64,000 nucleotides of DNA from the NCBI RefSeq assembly GCF_000315625.1, contig NW_005434657.1:473319-537318 (forward strand), in the 5' to 3' direction. Under the pieces are notes generated by a model, which did not search any database, was not told the origin of the DNA, and saw only the letters and a list, made by a program, of their open reading frames with translations. Positions within the stretch are counted from its first letter, which is position 1. Each line of letters opens with the position of its first letter. A program made the position numbers and the translations under genes. Below, in pieces: positions 12,255 through 24,907 of this stretch. This DNA comes from Guillardia theta CCMP2712. Its lineage: Eukaryota > Protista > Cryptophyta.

Positions 12255-14306
12255 ACTCTTGCTCCTGCTCCTGCTCCTGCTTCCTCTTCTGAACTGCGTC
12301 GTCAGGTACCTGGGAATCAAAGAGGGCGAAGATTATCTCCTGGGAATCGCTGAAGAAGCTCTCAAGTGACCTGACTGCTCCTCCTCTCCCAGCTTAACTC
12401 ACAGCCAACAGCGCGACCCTCCCAAGTGGATGGGAGGAGAGGAGTACAGCGGAAGGTTACCCCTTCTACTTCTGGTGAGACGAGCCGCTGCCCTGGAACC
12501 GACGCTGAAATTTCGTTAAGTGAGGCGAACAAAACTTCTTCGTGGGAGCACCCGCGTGATGGATACTACCGGTATTGTCATGTAGAAGTAACTCTGCTCT
12601 TGCTTCCCCTTCCCGCAAAATTGCCTCCCGTCTTTTCCCGCCTCTCCTCTCCTCTCCTCTCCTCTCCTCTCCTCTCCTCTCCTCTCCTCTCCCCTCCTAT
12701 CGCCTCCTCTCCTCTCCTCTCCTCTCCTCTCTCCTCTCCTCTCTCCTCCCTCCTCCTCCCTTCTCCTCTCCTCTCACCTCACCTGTGCTTCTCATGCTCG
12801 ACCTTCTCCGCACTCCTCACCCACGACTTGCAAGGTTCCTAGTCAAGTCGATCAGGAAGATGAAGCATCAGCGGTCGAAGAAGGGGCCGCAGGTGGCAAG
12901 ATCGCCAGAGGTCACGCAGAGAGCAGGCGGCGAGGTTTGGGGGTTGAAACTTTTGCCAGGTGAGGAGGGACAGGGAGATAGCCGACTCGCTGTGGCGGAT
13001 GCATGAGGTGAACGTCCTGTGGCTGCTGAGCAGGAGGGTTGAGGAGGAGAGTAGGAGGAGAAGCAGCGGGAGGAGGTGAAGAAGTGTCAGCGACTGAGGT
13101 CACTTGAGTCCCCCACCCTTCTCTTGCTGATGAAACGGCAGCGAGGAAGAGCCGATGTCGGGATCCCTTGGGACAAACTGATTCTGGTCNNNNNNNNNNN
13201 NNNNNNNNNNNNNNNNNNNNNNNNNNNNNNNNNNNNNNNNNNNNNNNNNNNNNNNNNNNNNNNNNNNNNNNNNNNNNNNNNNNNNNNNNATCCATGGCTC
13301 ATTCTACAGCCACAGCGAGCAATAAGAAGACTCAACAGCTCGTCGAGTACCTCGGACTTTCACAGGCTGAGTTGAACGCTCCTGTTTCCGTCGAAGAGGT
13401 TTACCTCCCCTCCCCTCCCCTTCCCTCTCCACACTTCCTCTTCCTCCTCCTCTCCCTCCTCCTCTCCCTCCTCCTCTCTCCCTCACCTCCTCTCCTTCTT
13501 ACTCCCTCTTCCACGCTTTCCTTCCTGGTTCTAACGCTGCGCTGCTTCTACTAGGTTCGCAGCATGTGCGAGTACCTCGGCATCGGCGAGGAGGAGACCT
13601 TTCTCATCCGTTTCGCTGTCAGCGCATTGCAAGCTCCTATCCCCAAGGACTGGATGGTGCTCAAGGACAAGGTACGCAGACTACAGCAAGCAGGGAGGGA
13701 GCGAGGGAGGGAGACAGGGAGGGAGACAGGGAGGGAGGGAGGGCAGAAGAAGGAGGGAGGGGAAGAGGTCGAGCACGTTACGGAGGGAGAACCAAAGGCA
13801 GAGGATAAACATGGAGGGAAGGAGCATCGGGGGAGGAGGGAGACAGCCAAGTCAAGGGGCGGGTGAGGAGGAGGCAAAAGCCGCTCAAGCTGGTGATGGC
13901 AGCAAGGAGTCCCGTTCTACTGCAACAGGAGGACGAAGAAGACGAGCTACAGGCATCCGTCGGACGAGATGTTCATGCAGCGAGTCAAGGCAGAGAGGAG
14001 GAGGTGGGAGGAGCTTACCAGGAGCGAGCGAGATCGTCTGCTCCTGCAGCAGTGAGCCATCCCCCTCCCACCGCCCTCCTTCCCGCCCGTCTGACCCTTC
14101 CCCGCAGCAAATGGATGAGGTTTGAGGAAGAAGACGGCAAGACCTTCTGGTACAATTTTGCAAACAAGCAGAGGAAATTTTCCCCTCCACCCGCGGTTTG
14201 TGTTCCTTCCCTCCTCCTCCTCCTCCTCCTCCTCCTCCTCCTTCCCCTTGTAGCCCTCCTCCTTCTCTTGTGACGGTCAAATCTTCAGGAAGAAACTCTG
14301 ACATGA
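11100..14306 (+). CDS. Protein with two CEP164-like helical+WW modules (multi-exon; spans the N gap 13190-13289; 5' end approximate)
   Basis: First module YLGIKEGEDYLLGIAEEAL...W...YF...NKTSSWEHPRDGYYR; second MCEYLGIGEEETFLIRFAVSALQAPIPKDW...KWMRFEEEDGKTFWYNFANKQRKFSPP. Both resemble the CEP164 N-terminal/WW region. Confidence 0.7.
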
Positions 14307-14649
14307 CGGAGAGAAAATTCCTCCTCGTGCGCTGGTTCCTCAGACACTTCGAACAGCCTCGCACGCACAATTTCTTTCAACGTCTTTTTCTCTTGCAGCA
14401 TCTCATCTCACAGATCTCATCTCATCTCATCTCATCGCATCTTTCCAGTCTCTTGTCCCGTCACTTGTTGCCTTTTCGTTTCACTGGATCATTCATTCAA
14501 ATCTTCATGTTTATCTCTCAACAAAATGTCATCACTGGGACGAGCCCCCCTCGCCTCGCGTAACTTATATAGACATGTTAATAATATACTCGACTGACCT
14601 CTCAAGTTCCCCTACAATACTACACTCTCAACTTCCCCTACATGACGCT

Positions 14650-17200
14650 ACACATCCTCGACCGAGACTCTTCCTGGGGCTCAGGAGAATTTCTCGACTC
14701 CACTGACTTGTTGCTGCTCAGCTTGTCACTTGGCGGGTCAACTGGCAGTCAGAAATCACCTGCTGCCTCTTGACAGTAAAGTCAAACTGCCGGACGGTCG
14801 TAACTTGGGGAAACTTCCTGCTTGTTTCAGCTTTGGCAAGCTGCAAGACAAATGAGGGGACGGCAGCGGAGGAGGGAGGAGGGAGGAGGAAGGAGGAAGA
14901 AGGAGGAAGAAGGAAGGAAAACGTAGATGAAGTTGAGGAGGAAGATCATGATGTGGAGGGGAGGAGATCAGCTGCGAGAAACTCACTGGACTTCTTCGAT
15001 CTCTGCTGCGTGCAAGACATTCTTCATGAAGATTGTACTTGCGACGTCGCTTGCTTTCAGCTTCTGATGGTTCTGAACCTTCAGAAGATCGTGCAAGATA
15101 TCTGCAAACTCGTCAGTATGGAGCGACAACGTCATGAGAACACTTCTCACTTCGTTCTCTTCCATGTTTCAATAATCTCTCGACAATCTTGATGATCCAG
15201 TCAGGTAAGCAGCACAGCTCAGTCGCTCCTTCACCTTCATCTTCCCCTTTCTGCTGGCCACGTGCAACGCTGTTTCGCTGTATCTGTTCAGCTTGAACAC
15301 ATTGATCCCACGCTGAAGCAGCCGTTAGCCACGTCGACAGCGAGACAAGACGCTGGTCGATCTCCTCACCTGGAGCAGCATGTCGGCCAGCCCAAGGTGT
15401 CCGTGCCGAGCTGCGTTGTGCAATCCAGTCCACCTGAACGATGTCGTGAGATGCGCAGAGAGAATTAGGATGGAAAGAGGAGGAGAAGGAGAAGGGAGAG
15501 AGTAGAAACAGAGGGAGGACAGGGAAGTTGCAGATAGGAGATGAGCAAAGGACAGGAGGAGGACGAGAGGAGTACCCTTCTTTATCTTGTGCGTTGATGT
15601 CCGATCCCTTGTCCAGCAGGAAGCTGACTGCACTGGGAAAGTTGAACCTGATAGCCACATGGAGAGGCAGCCAGTGGTCGAAGTCCCTGCAGTCCATCTT
15701 CGCTCCACTCTGGAGGAGGAACTCCATCGCCTCGATCGATCCCTGATGGGCAAGTCAAATCTAGCAGAGATCAGGATGTTGCTTGAGATCAAATGACATG
15801 TATTCAAATGTGTTCAAATGCCGTTGGTGATCAATCATGACCCGCAGCGATTGGTGACCTACCACGCGAGCTGCGTTGTGCATGGGAGTCCATCCTATCT
15901 TGTCTTGCACATTCACCGTAGCGCACGACTTCAACAAGACCTGCATAATCTGCACGAGAACAAAAACGAGATAACTTTCAGCGGTTGTGTAATGGCGATC
16001 AAAATCTACCTGTACATTGCCAGTGCTGCTAGCAACGTGAAGGGGAGTCCATCCTTCGATGCTCGCAGCGTTGACAGCAGCCTTGTTATCAAGCAGCGAT
16101 CGCGCCACCTGCAACTCACATCAGCTTGTTCCCCACACCTCAACATCAACTCGCCTCTAGCCTGCCATGGTTGCACGCAAAGTGGAGAGGAGTCAGGTCA
16201 TGTGCGTCAGGGACGTCGATCCCGTGCAAGGCGATCAGCTCCTGCAGCCTCTCGCTGCTGCCCAGTGCTGCAGCTCGATGAAGCTCGCAGGTCCTGTTGC
16301 GATGCTTCCCCCCAGTCCTGCTCTCATGACTTTCCGTTCGACGAGCGGAATGTGAGTCTGCTATCTTGCCGGACGGGTGAGGCTCGTGGACATCATCGCC
16401 CTCCTCTGGCTCCTCCTTGATGACGCTGTAAGCCCTCCCGAGGCTCGTGAATGACGTTGTCTGGTTGGAGATGTCTGCTGTTATTTCCCCGACGGGGCCC
16501 TTGAGGATTGGTGGCAGTGCGGAACCATGGGGGGCTGCGGGTGGGGGAGGGTTGCTTCCATTCCTGCGTAGAGGAGAGAGAGCAGCGTCAGACCCACAGA
16601 CGCCACCGAAGAGGCAACGCAAGACAAGACACAAAGACAGGATTCTGACTATGTCGCCGCCATTGCAACCCCAGAAGCAGCAAGATACCCAAACACATTC
16701 TCACCTCGTCAACCCGGTGTCCTGCTTGGAAAAAATGGGAGGGACAGGCAGCACCACGACATTTTTTGGCCACGTGTTTCTTCCTAAGCTCAATGATTTC
16801 ATGAGATCATTTGGATTCCCAGGAGGAAGGGGCTGGAGAGACGAGATATCTCTTCTCTTGAAGCTTCCAGTTTGGGCCTGGGGAGGAGGGCATGATATGG
16901 AATGTGAGATGGTTCGGGGACCTTCTCCTATCCCATCCCAATCTGATCCCGGCATCGAGACAGAGGATTGTTCCGACCGATTGCTGGGGACCTGCGTTTC
17001 CATGTCCGACATCACACAGGCTTCGTCTTCCCTCTCAATCTCCCCGGTTTCCTTCATCTCTCATGAAGAAATCCAACGAGAATCAGGATGCGTGATACGT
17101 CTGAGATTGGTCCCCCAACAAGATGGCTTCGCGGAAGCCAACTTTCATTCTCTGTGGGCCAATCTCGTATTGGAAGTGGGTGAGAGATGTGCGCGTTATC
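14650..17200 (-). CDS. Ankyrin-repeat protein with low-complexity N-terminus (multi-exon; ends approximate)
   Basis: Repeated LTPLHFAC, WTPLHVAS, WTPMHNAA, WLPLHVAI and WTGLHNAA motifs in successive exons. Confidence 0.85.
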
Positions 17201-17749
17201 TTTGCCACTGGCCCTTCGCCTGATTCGTGATTTGCTTTACTTCCTCCGCCTGCCACCGAAAATCAATCAGAATGAGGAGTCGAAGAGGAGGGAGCGGGTC
17301 ATTAAGACGAAATAAGACATTTCATGACTCTGATCTCCGGCCTGCAGGTTTTCTGTACTTGTACATCTCCCAGAGCAACCGCTTGGTTGATTAGTGTTCA
17401 AGTTCCCTATTCCACTACTGAAAGAATGTGGAGCGAAACTGAACTTAGGTCTTGCATGGCTTATCGCACTTGTTTCTCAAGCATAAAAATGGTGGAACAC
17501 ACATTTATCGTACTTTCATCGCTTGTCTCTTCACGCTCCTACTCTCCCATCCGCTTCACAACCGCCCAACCGTTTTTTCACACAGGGCTCCTACCCACAC
17601 GTCCAGCCCCATACTCGTGAGCCTTGCAGGAGAAACACCTCAATGAACCTAGAGCAGTTTCCTTCTTCCGTCTTCTCCTACAATCTTGACTTCTCCTCTC
17701 CGCCTTCTCTCCGCTCCTCCTACCTCCTACCAAATTAGCCGCCTTTCAT

Positions 17750-18900
17750 TCATGCTCGACCCGCACACCACCCCCTCCCTCTACCCTGTCTACCCCCTCC
17801 ATTTAGGGTGAACTCGCGGAATAATATTGTATCGCCAGACCAGTACCCCTCCTTATCCCACACTCACCCCTCTATTCTCATATTGACTACCCCTGTCAAC
17901 CTAAGTTTTCTACCACCCCACCCATACCGCCTTCCACATTACTTCATATATTGGCCCAGATACCCCCACTACCTCCACTGAACGACTTTGCAACCCCACC
18001 CTCTGTGGAAATTGACATTCAGTACCCTCACCTCCATCTTCCCCCAGTCACTACCCCCTGATTAGCTACATGCATGGCATCGGCTTACCACACCCTACCC
18101 TATCTCTGAATTTAAAAAGGTTGTATTCATTACCCCACCACAGTCCTCCATATGTTTGTACCCCACCCTTCTTGAACCTTCATTGCTTTTTTTGACAACC
18201 CCACCCCCTGATTCCTCGTATCTTACACCCGACCCATGATTCACTCATAAAACAATAGTAAAAAAGGTGGATACCTGGACCCGTGCACCCCTACCCCTTA
18301 TTAAAGAGTCTCTAGATCCAGGGGTGAGGAAGTACCCCTTGTTGTGACTATAGTTACCCATCAAACCCTACCGGGATACCCACCCCGATGTACGTTTGTC
18401 CAAGAGCTTCCAGGACCCCCACCCCATCTTTTTCAACTACTAACCACCACTTTACGAATGTATTTTGGTCGAGTAGTGAATATTCGAAAGAGAAAGTTTT
18501 CCAAATTTATATCAGTTATAGATTTTCGCTGACAAAAAATGTGTTCGTGAGTGGGTCATTATTGAGAATATCCACTCGATCAAACGGGTACAACTTGCTC
18601 CAAACTGGGGTGTGGTCAGACTCCTTCGGTTCTATAAAAATCAAGTTGTAAAATCTTATCCTTTCAACCAAATCGGTACCACTGACATGGGTCATCATCG
18701 CTGAAAGTATTTGTTTTCGAAATACAAAGACGTACTTTTTAAAACTTTCTTCAAATCTTTCCGAAGTTCATGCGCACCGGGCTCGGGCGGCCGGGGCCCG
18801 GCCGAGCCCTGCAGGCCTGTCACTCAAGCGGGCCCGCCCGGTCGGAGAACGTCTCACAATTCCACCGAGCGGTTCTATGCCGACATGATGCAGCATGGCC
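17750..18900 (+). repeat. ACCCC-rich tract, AT-rich spacer and GC island (recurrent intergenic element)
   Basis: About 700 bp of ACCCC/TACCCC runs, AT-rich at 18460-18760, GC island at 18765-18900. Confidence 0.6.
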
Positions 18901-18926
18901 ATGCACTCGCGAGCCGAAGGTGAGGA

Positions 18927-20517
18927 TGTGCGAGGAGGAAGACTCGGGGAAGAGACTCGATGAAAATCGTGTATGGTTGACATACTGGAAACTTCCTCCA
19001 TTCACAACTAGAGATAATCGATTGCAAACGCCCAACTCCGTGTTTGTGCTGCATCCGGTTGCAGTACAGGTGGCCCTAGAATTAAGTAGCAGCGCCTCTA
19101 GGCACGTAGCTGGCACAGGCTTTTCGTGAGCTCGTGACATGCATGTTGGAACTGACTGGGGTCGTTTTGCTCAGGAAAACATATCTTGGTCGTGAGGATA
19201 GGAGGAGCAACGAGGCACAAACTTTATCATGCTGTCAAGAACCTTGGGGTACGTTTGTCTTGTGCCAACCCCGTCATCTCGAAAGGTTTCAACGACGTGA
19301 TAGACAACTGGGTGACCTACTCTTCCGAAGATAGCCTCACGGCAGTAGAGAAGGAGCTGCTCCAGAAGTTCTCGGAGTTGAACTTGAGGTTCGATGCTGT
19401 CGTCACCTTCGATGAGTTCGGCGTGCAGCTGGCGAGCATGCTCGCTGCTTCCCTGAGCCTTCCAGGGATTCCATTGAAGGTTGTGCAGTGCTGTCAGAAC
19501 AAATCCAGCTTCCGTCAGTTCTGCAAGTCTAGGGAACTACCCTGTGTAAATTTTGCATCGCTGAGCTGTTCGGAGGGTGTAGATTCGTTGGACGTGCAAT
19601 ACCCTGTGGTGATCAAGCCAAGGAATGGAGCTGGGAGTCACTTCGTGCAGCGAGCGGAAAGTAAAGTGCAGCTCCGGAGTGCGATGCTGGGAATTCTTCA
19701 CACACTCAAGACCAGGAGGCTGACGTCATACGAATGGTGCGACTACAGTAGTCTGGAGGACATCAAGTTTCATGTCGAAGAGCTGGTGGAAGGGAAGGAG
19801 GTGGATATCGACTGTGTGGTCTGTGACAATCAGATCCGGTACTGCAACGTGGTGGACAACAAGTCAACAGGCCGCCCGTTCTTCTTGGAAGATACATGCC
19901 AGGCCCCCTCCTCCCTCTCTCCTCAGGTGCAGGCGCAACTGTGCGCACTTGCTGCGCGGATCCTCGAAGAGATGGCCAGAGCGTGGCAGTGCAGGATCAC
20001 TGGGACTTTCCATGTAGAGATGATTCTCTCGGAGCACGGCCCTGTGCCCATTGAGGTCAACTGCAGGCTAGGAGGTGCAGAAACTCGTTGTTTGCATCTT
20101 GCAGCATGGGGGGTGGATCTTGGCGTGGAAACAGTCCTTGCACACATGAGCCTTCCATCACCTCGACTGCAGCCGTTTGCCAAGTTCTGTGGCAGCTTGC
20201 GGAGGAACTCCGGGCCCCTCCTCGAGGCTCTCGTTCCTAATCACCGGTTTGCCTGCTCTGCCAACTTACATCCGAGCGGCTCCGGCATTGTGAACAAGAT
20301 TGATCTTCCGCTCAACAAGTTCGGTTATGTGGACCACATGGTCTACTTTCAGGTCGGAGAGCCCATCCTTGTCCCTCCCAAGGGCTTCCAGTACCTCGGA
20401 TGGGTGGTGGTGCAAGCGAAGAGCGAAGGTGAGGCTCGTGAAAACTTGCAGAAATTCGTCGGCAGCGCGGTGATGGAAGTGCGGGGGGGTTGCACGCCTG
20501 CTCAAGAAGACAGCTGA
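18927..20517 (+). CDS. ATP-grasp amino-acid ligase, carnosine-synthase/L-amino-acid-ligase-like (paralog 1); main exon 19175-20517
   Basis: Motifs VTFDEFG, NKSSFR, YPVVIKPRNGAGSHFV, VEELVEGKEVDIDCVV, FHVEMIL and PIEVNCRLGG. Upstream short exons are inferred. Confidence 0.88.
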
Positions 20518-21149
20518 TGTCAAGAAGGTCCTCTGGGTTTTCAAAAGTTCCCCTTGGCTCCTAATGAGCACCCGCTTGTCCTGATTTGGTCCTCGATATT
20601 TTTCTTGTCGGTTTTGATTCAGTATGTTTATTTTACGAATCTACAATCATACATCCCGCCTCTCGCCATGGTGAGTGTTTGTTTGATCTTGCTGAATTTT
20701 GCATTTTCTGTTCTCCTACCTCGTTTTGACTGAACTATTCACACACGCTTATCCCAGTTTTCACCAACATCCACTTTGGACATTCCGACACTTTACATAT
20801 CTACCCATAATTACGAATACATCCTCTCTCATATGGTTCTGGAGTTTTTATCATATTTCCTTTCATCCATCATTTCAACCGGACGAAACATACCTCCCTT
20901 CTGAATCTTCCTCTGTTCACTTATTTCGTCCTCAACAATTCTTTTGTCTCACGAACCCTTTCAATCTCACCTTCGGCATGAACTGCTTATTTTAATCTGT
21001 TCCATTCGATGCAATCATTGCAAGATGTTCATCTTTCTCCACCATCGTTGTTCCTTCCATTCCCCTCCTTATTACTTCTCCTCGCGTCTCCCTCTCTTCC
21101 CCATCATATTTCCCCGTCGCAACTGGTTGACAGGTCTAAAACTCCTACC

Positions 21150-21660
21150 CTCCATTCTAGCGGACCACTATATCACTACCCGTCCAATTTTTTGTGTACC
21201 CCTTATCATTTTGATATACCCCTAATATGACTAGATATTAACCCACTAAAATCCAGTCTCTGAACCACCCTATCTATCAAAACAGAGGAATTTATTACCA
21301 CTACCCCTACTTTCAGCTTGCATTCATCCTTCCACCCTACTGCTTACTTCTCCCCCACTGCTCCCCCACCCCACCCCTTTCAAACTGACTTCCCTTGACG
21401 GTGATCACCCACTATTTTGCATACCTCACCCTTCAAATGTGGAAATTATTTGATCCCCACCCCCGCATATCCAAATCAAATTCTCTTGATACCCGTCATT
21501 TTCTTTGACAAATACAGGGTATAAGTTTTCAACACCTCTATATCTATAACCCCTACCCTCAAATATGTACCCCACCCCATTTTAACAGTGGGAGGCAAAC
21601 CGCCCCTAGGGTACAACCCCTGTATTCCTCAACCTTGCGTCCCCTCAACCTCCCCGAAAA
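21150..21660 (+). repeat. ACCCC-rich strand-biased tract
   Basis: Dense ACCCC/CCCCACCC runs between the two ATP-grasp genes. Confidence 0.55.
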
Positions 21661-22049
21661 TGACGATAAATCCAGTTCATGTTCATGAGCGACGAAGAGA
21701 CGAAAGAGAAGGAGAGCAGAGAGCAGAGGACGAGGAGGAAAGGCGAGAGATACTTGTAGTGAGATGCTACAGCGGTACTTGTGGTGAACTTGACATGTAA
21801 CATGGGTCATAGACAAGAAACATAGACAAGAGACATACGGGAAATTAACTCAACGAAGTCATTTGAGGTTATTCAGGGAGTAAGCGCTTCGTTCTTGTTC
21901 TGCTGGGAGTATACTTTCTGTGTCTTGTCCTGAGAGCACTTCCAGGTGTTGTGAAAGGATTTGTCGGCTGAAGCATTCTCGAAGATCGGATGATCGGTTG
22001 AGCGTAGGACATATTTGTTGTGGCGGACATTTTTTCTTGATTTGTTCGG

Positions 22050-23444
22050 ATGCCTAACGCGATAGCTCACATCCAAGTGGATGACACTACGAGCGTGCGA
22101 GATACACTCAGAGGAAAGACCCTTCTTGTAGTGACCACGGGAACCTCGACGAGATTTGATATCTACAAGCGTCTACAACAACTTGATGTAGATATGTATT
22201 GTTTGAACGACAGAGTGGTGGACGAGTGCAGGACCTTCTTCAAAGGATGGATTCTTCTTGACCTGCACATGGAGAGCCACGCGCTGCTGGAGGAAGTCCA
22301 TGGGAGGATGAATGAGTTGAAGCTGTATCCTGACGGAGTCGTCTGCTTCGACGAGTTCGGTGTGGAGATCTCGAGCTTGATTTGCGAGTCTTTGGGACTG
22401 CCATGTATACCGCTCGATGTCGTCAAGTGTTGTCGCAACAAGTCAAAGTTTAGGGAGTTCTGCAGAGATCACTCCCTGCCTTACGTTCGCTTCGTCAACT
22501 TCTCGTCCTCAGAGGAGCTCAAAGACATAGAGGACAAGATAACTTTCCCCGCCGTCTTCAAGCCCAAGGATGGGGCTGGCAGCCAGTTTGTGCGGCGAGT
22601 CAATAGCAAGCAGGAGCTTCAGCAGGCGTACATGTTGACCGTGTCATCACTGCAACGAAGCCCCGGCTCGTTCTCATGGTGCTTGCAGGAGGCTCAGGGG
22701 GTCTCATTTCACGTGGAGGAGCTGATTGAAGGGCAGGAGGTAGACATCGACTGTGTTGTGTCCGACAGCAAGCTGCGATATTCGCGCGTGATCGACAACG
22801 AGAGCACGGGTGCTCCTTTCTTCCTCGAGGCCGGCTGCTCTGCCCCCTCCTCCCTGCCGCAAGACGCGCAGGCCAGCCTGATACGGATGGCGCAGAGGAT
22901 GGTCGCCGAGTTTGCGAGGGAGGCCAACAGGAGGATAGACGGCGTCCTGCACGTGGAGGCCAAGTGGAACAGTCGAGGATGCGTTCCAATCGAAGTCAAC
23001 TGCCGCCTTGGAGGAGCCGAGTGCCGTTGCATGCACATTGCAGGATGGGGAGTGGACCTGGGGGTGGAGGAGGTAATGGTCGCCATGGGCAGGAGGAGCC
23101 GCACTCTGGACGAGCACGAGCGAGAATGCCGGCTGTTGCTGCAGCAGGATGACATACGCCCGCCCCTCAAGGAGCAGAGGAAGCAGGGAGTGTTCCTGCG
23201 CTCCATCAACTTCCATCCTTCTAGGTCGGGGAGGGTTGGGCGCCAGTCTGTCGCGGAGGACGCGGAGGGGTACGTGAACCACAAGCTCTTCTTCTCAGAG
23301 GGAGATCTGATCCAAGTCCCGCCCGATGGCTTCCAGTACCTCGGGTGGATGGTGGTGAGGGGGGGGACGGAGGAGGAGGCGCGCAGGCGGCTGGAGCACG
23401 CGGTCAAGCTTACCTCCCTTTGTGTACAGGATGCGGCAGTTTGA
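22050..23444 (+). CDS. ATP-grasp amino-acid ligase, carnosine-synthase/L-amino-acid-ligase-like (paralog 2)
   Basis: Uninterrupted 464-aa ORF with PDGVVCFDEFG, FPAVFKPKDGAGSQFV, VEELIEGQEVDIDCVV, LHVEAK, PIEVNCRLGG and GFQYLGW. Confidence 0.9.
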   Translation: MPNAIAHIQVDDTTSVRDTLRGKTLLVVTTGTSTRFDIYKRLQQLDVDMYCLNDRVVDECRTFFKGWILLDLHMESHALLEEVHGRMNELKLYPDGVVCFDEFGVEISSLICESLGLPCIPLDVVKCCRNKSKFREFCRDHSLPYVRFVNFSSSEELKDIEDKITFPAVFKPKDGAGSQFVRRVNSKQELQQAYMLTVSSLQRSPGSFSWCLQEAQGVSFHVEELIEGQEVDIDCVVSDSKLRYSRVIDNESTGAPFFLEAGCSAPSSLPQDAQASLIRMAQRMVAEFAREANRRIDGVLHVEAKWNSRGCVPIEVNCRLGGAECRCMHIAGWGVDLGVEEVMVAMGRRSRTLDEHERECRLLLQQDDIRPPLKEQRKQGVFLRSINFHPSRSGRVGRQSVAEDAEGYVNHKLFFSEGDLIQVPPDGFQYLGWMVVRGGTEEEARRRLEHAVKLTSLCVQDAAV

Positions 23445-23490
23445 TCTGGCAGCCAAGATTTATGATCTCCCGTTAAATGTGAAAGTTTTG

Positions 23491-24831
23491 CTAGCAAAGC
23501 GAATTTTGCCTTGAGCGAGAATAAACAATCTCTTCTTCATCCTCTTGCAGCTTCGTCTCGTCCTCAATCCCTTCAACCTCCTCCTCTCTCCTCTCCTCCT
23601 CTCTCCTCTCCTCCTCCCTCTCCTCCTCCTCCCTCTGTTCAGTCATCTCCTTCTCCTTCTCTGCGAACATCTTCTCCTCTCTTGTTTCCTCCTCTTCACT
23701 TCCCGGTTCCTCATCCTTCTCCTCCTCATGACGAAGCGTTTCTTCCTCGGCCTCTCCTTTGTCTTGCCTTTCCTCTTGCAGGATCTCTTTTCCATGCTTT
23801 GCCTTTGCGTCTGTGGATTCCTGCTCCTGCTCCTGCTCCTCCTCAAGAACTCTGATCTCATCCGCTCCTTCCGAATTCACTTCTTCCTCCTGTTTCTCCT
23901 CCTCCTTGTGTTCAATTTTTCCCGCCTGCACCTTCTCCTCCAAGGCCTCCACATTCTTCCCCTCCACCACATCCCTTGCACTTCTCGCCTCCACCTCTTC
24001 CCCGTCCCCGGCCTTCAGCACCTCCTGCACGCTGCTCTGTCTGAGCTGTAGAGAGGAAGGAAGAAGCTGCTGCTGGAGGAACTGAAGGGTCTGAGCCCAC
24101 ATCCCCTCCTGCACGCGAGATGAGGAAACGGAGCAAGGAGAAGGAGGAAGGTAGGCGGAGGGAGATAAGAGGACAAGAGAGGAGGAGCAAGGGGAGGGGA
24201 GGAAGGGGAGGGGAGGGGGACGGAGGAGGACGACGAGGAGTGGGGAAGAAGGAGAGAATGAGGAGGGAGGGGAGGAAGGAGGAAGGACAGGACAGCACAA
24301 GAGGACGGCTTCACCGAGATCTCATGCGCAGCCTCTTCATCCACGGCAAGGAGGAGCGATTGATAGTTAGAGGCCTGCTGGACCTCGACGACAGCTTCAA
24401 TCACAAACTCAACCGGACCTAGCGAGAGATTCAACATGTCAGAAGATAGAGAGAGGCGAGGAGAGCAGGAGATGAACAGGAGAGGAGGAGAGGAAGTAAA
24501 ACAGATGTGAGGAACAAGAAATGGAAGGGGGGAGAGAAAAAGAGAAATTTGAGGGAGGGAGGGAAGCAAGTGACTTGGGACAGGAACAGCCGAGCAGGAG
24601 GAGCAGGAGGAGTAGGAGGAGGATGAAAGGAGGAGGAGGAGGAGGAGCAGCAGCAGCAGATGAAGAAAAGGAGGAGGAGAAGGTTACATCGAGGATCGTG
24701 GCGACCATTGACGATCAGACAAGGTCGAGGATACAGCGACTTGAGGCTCGGACGGAGAGCATAAGATGAGAGGATTCCCTGAGAAGAGATGAGTGAAGGA
24801 GGAGAAGAGGGACTGCATGGAGGGGCATAGA

Positions 24832-24907
<76 letters not shown>

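Noticed and set aside
17750-18460. Interstitial telomeric repeat
   Set aside because: No regular TTAGGG/TTTAGGG-type unit; only irregular ACCCC runs.
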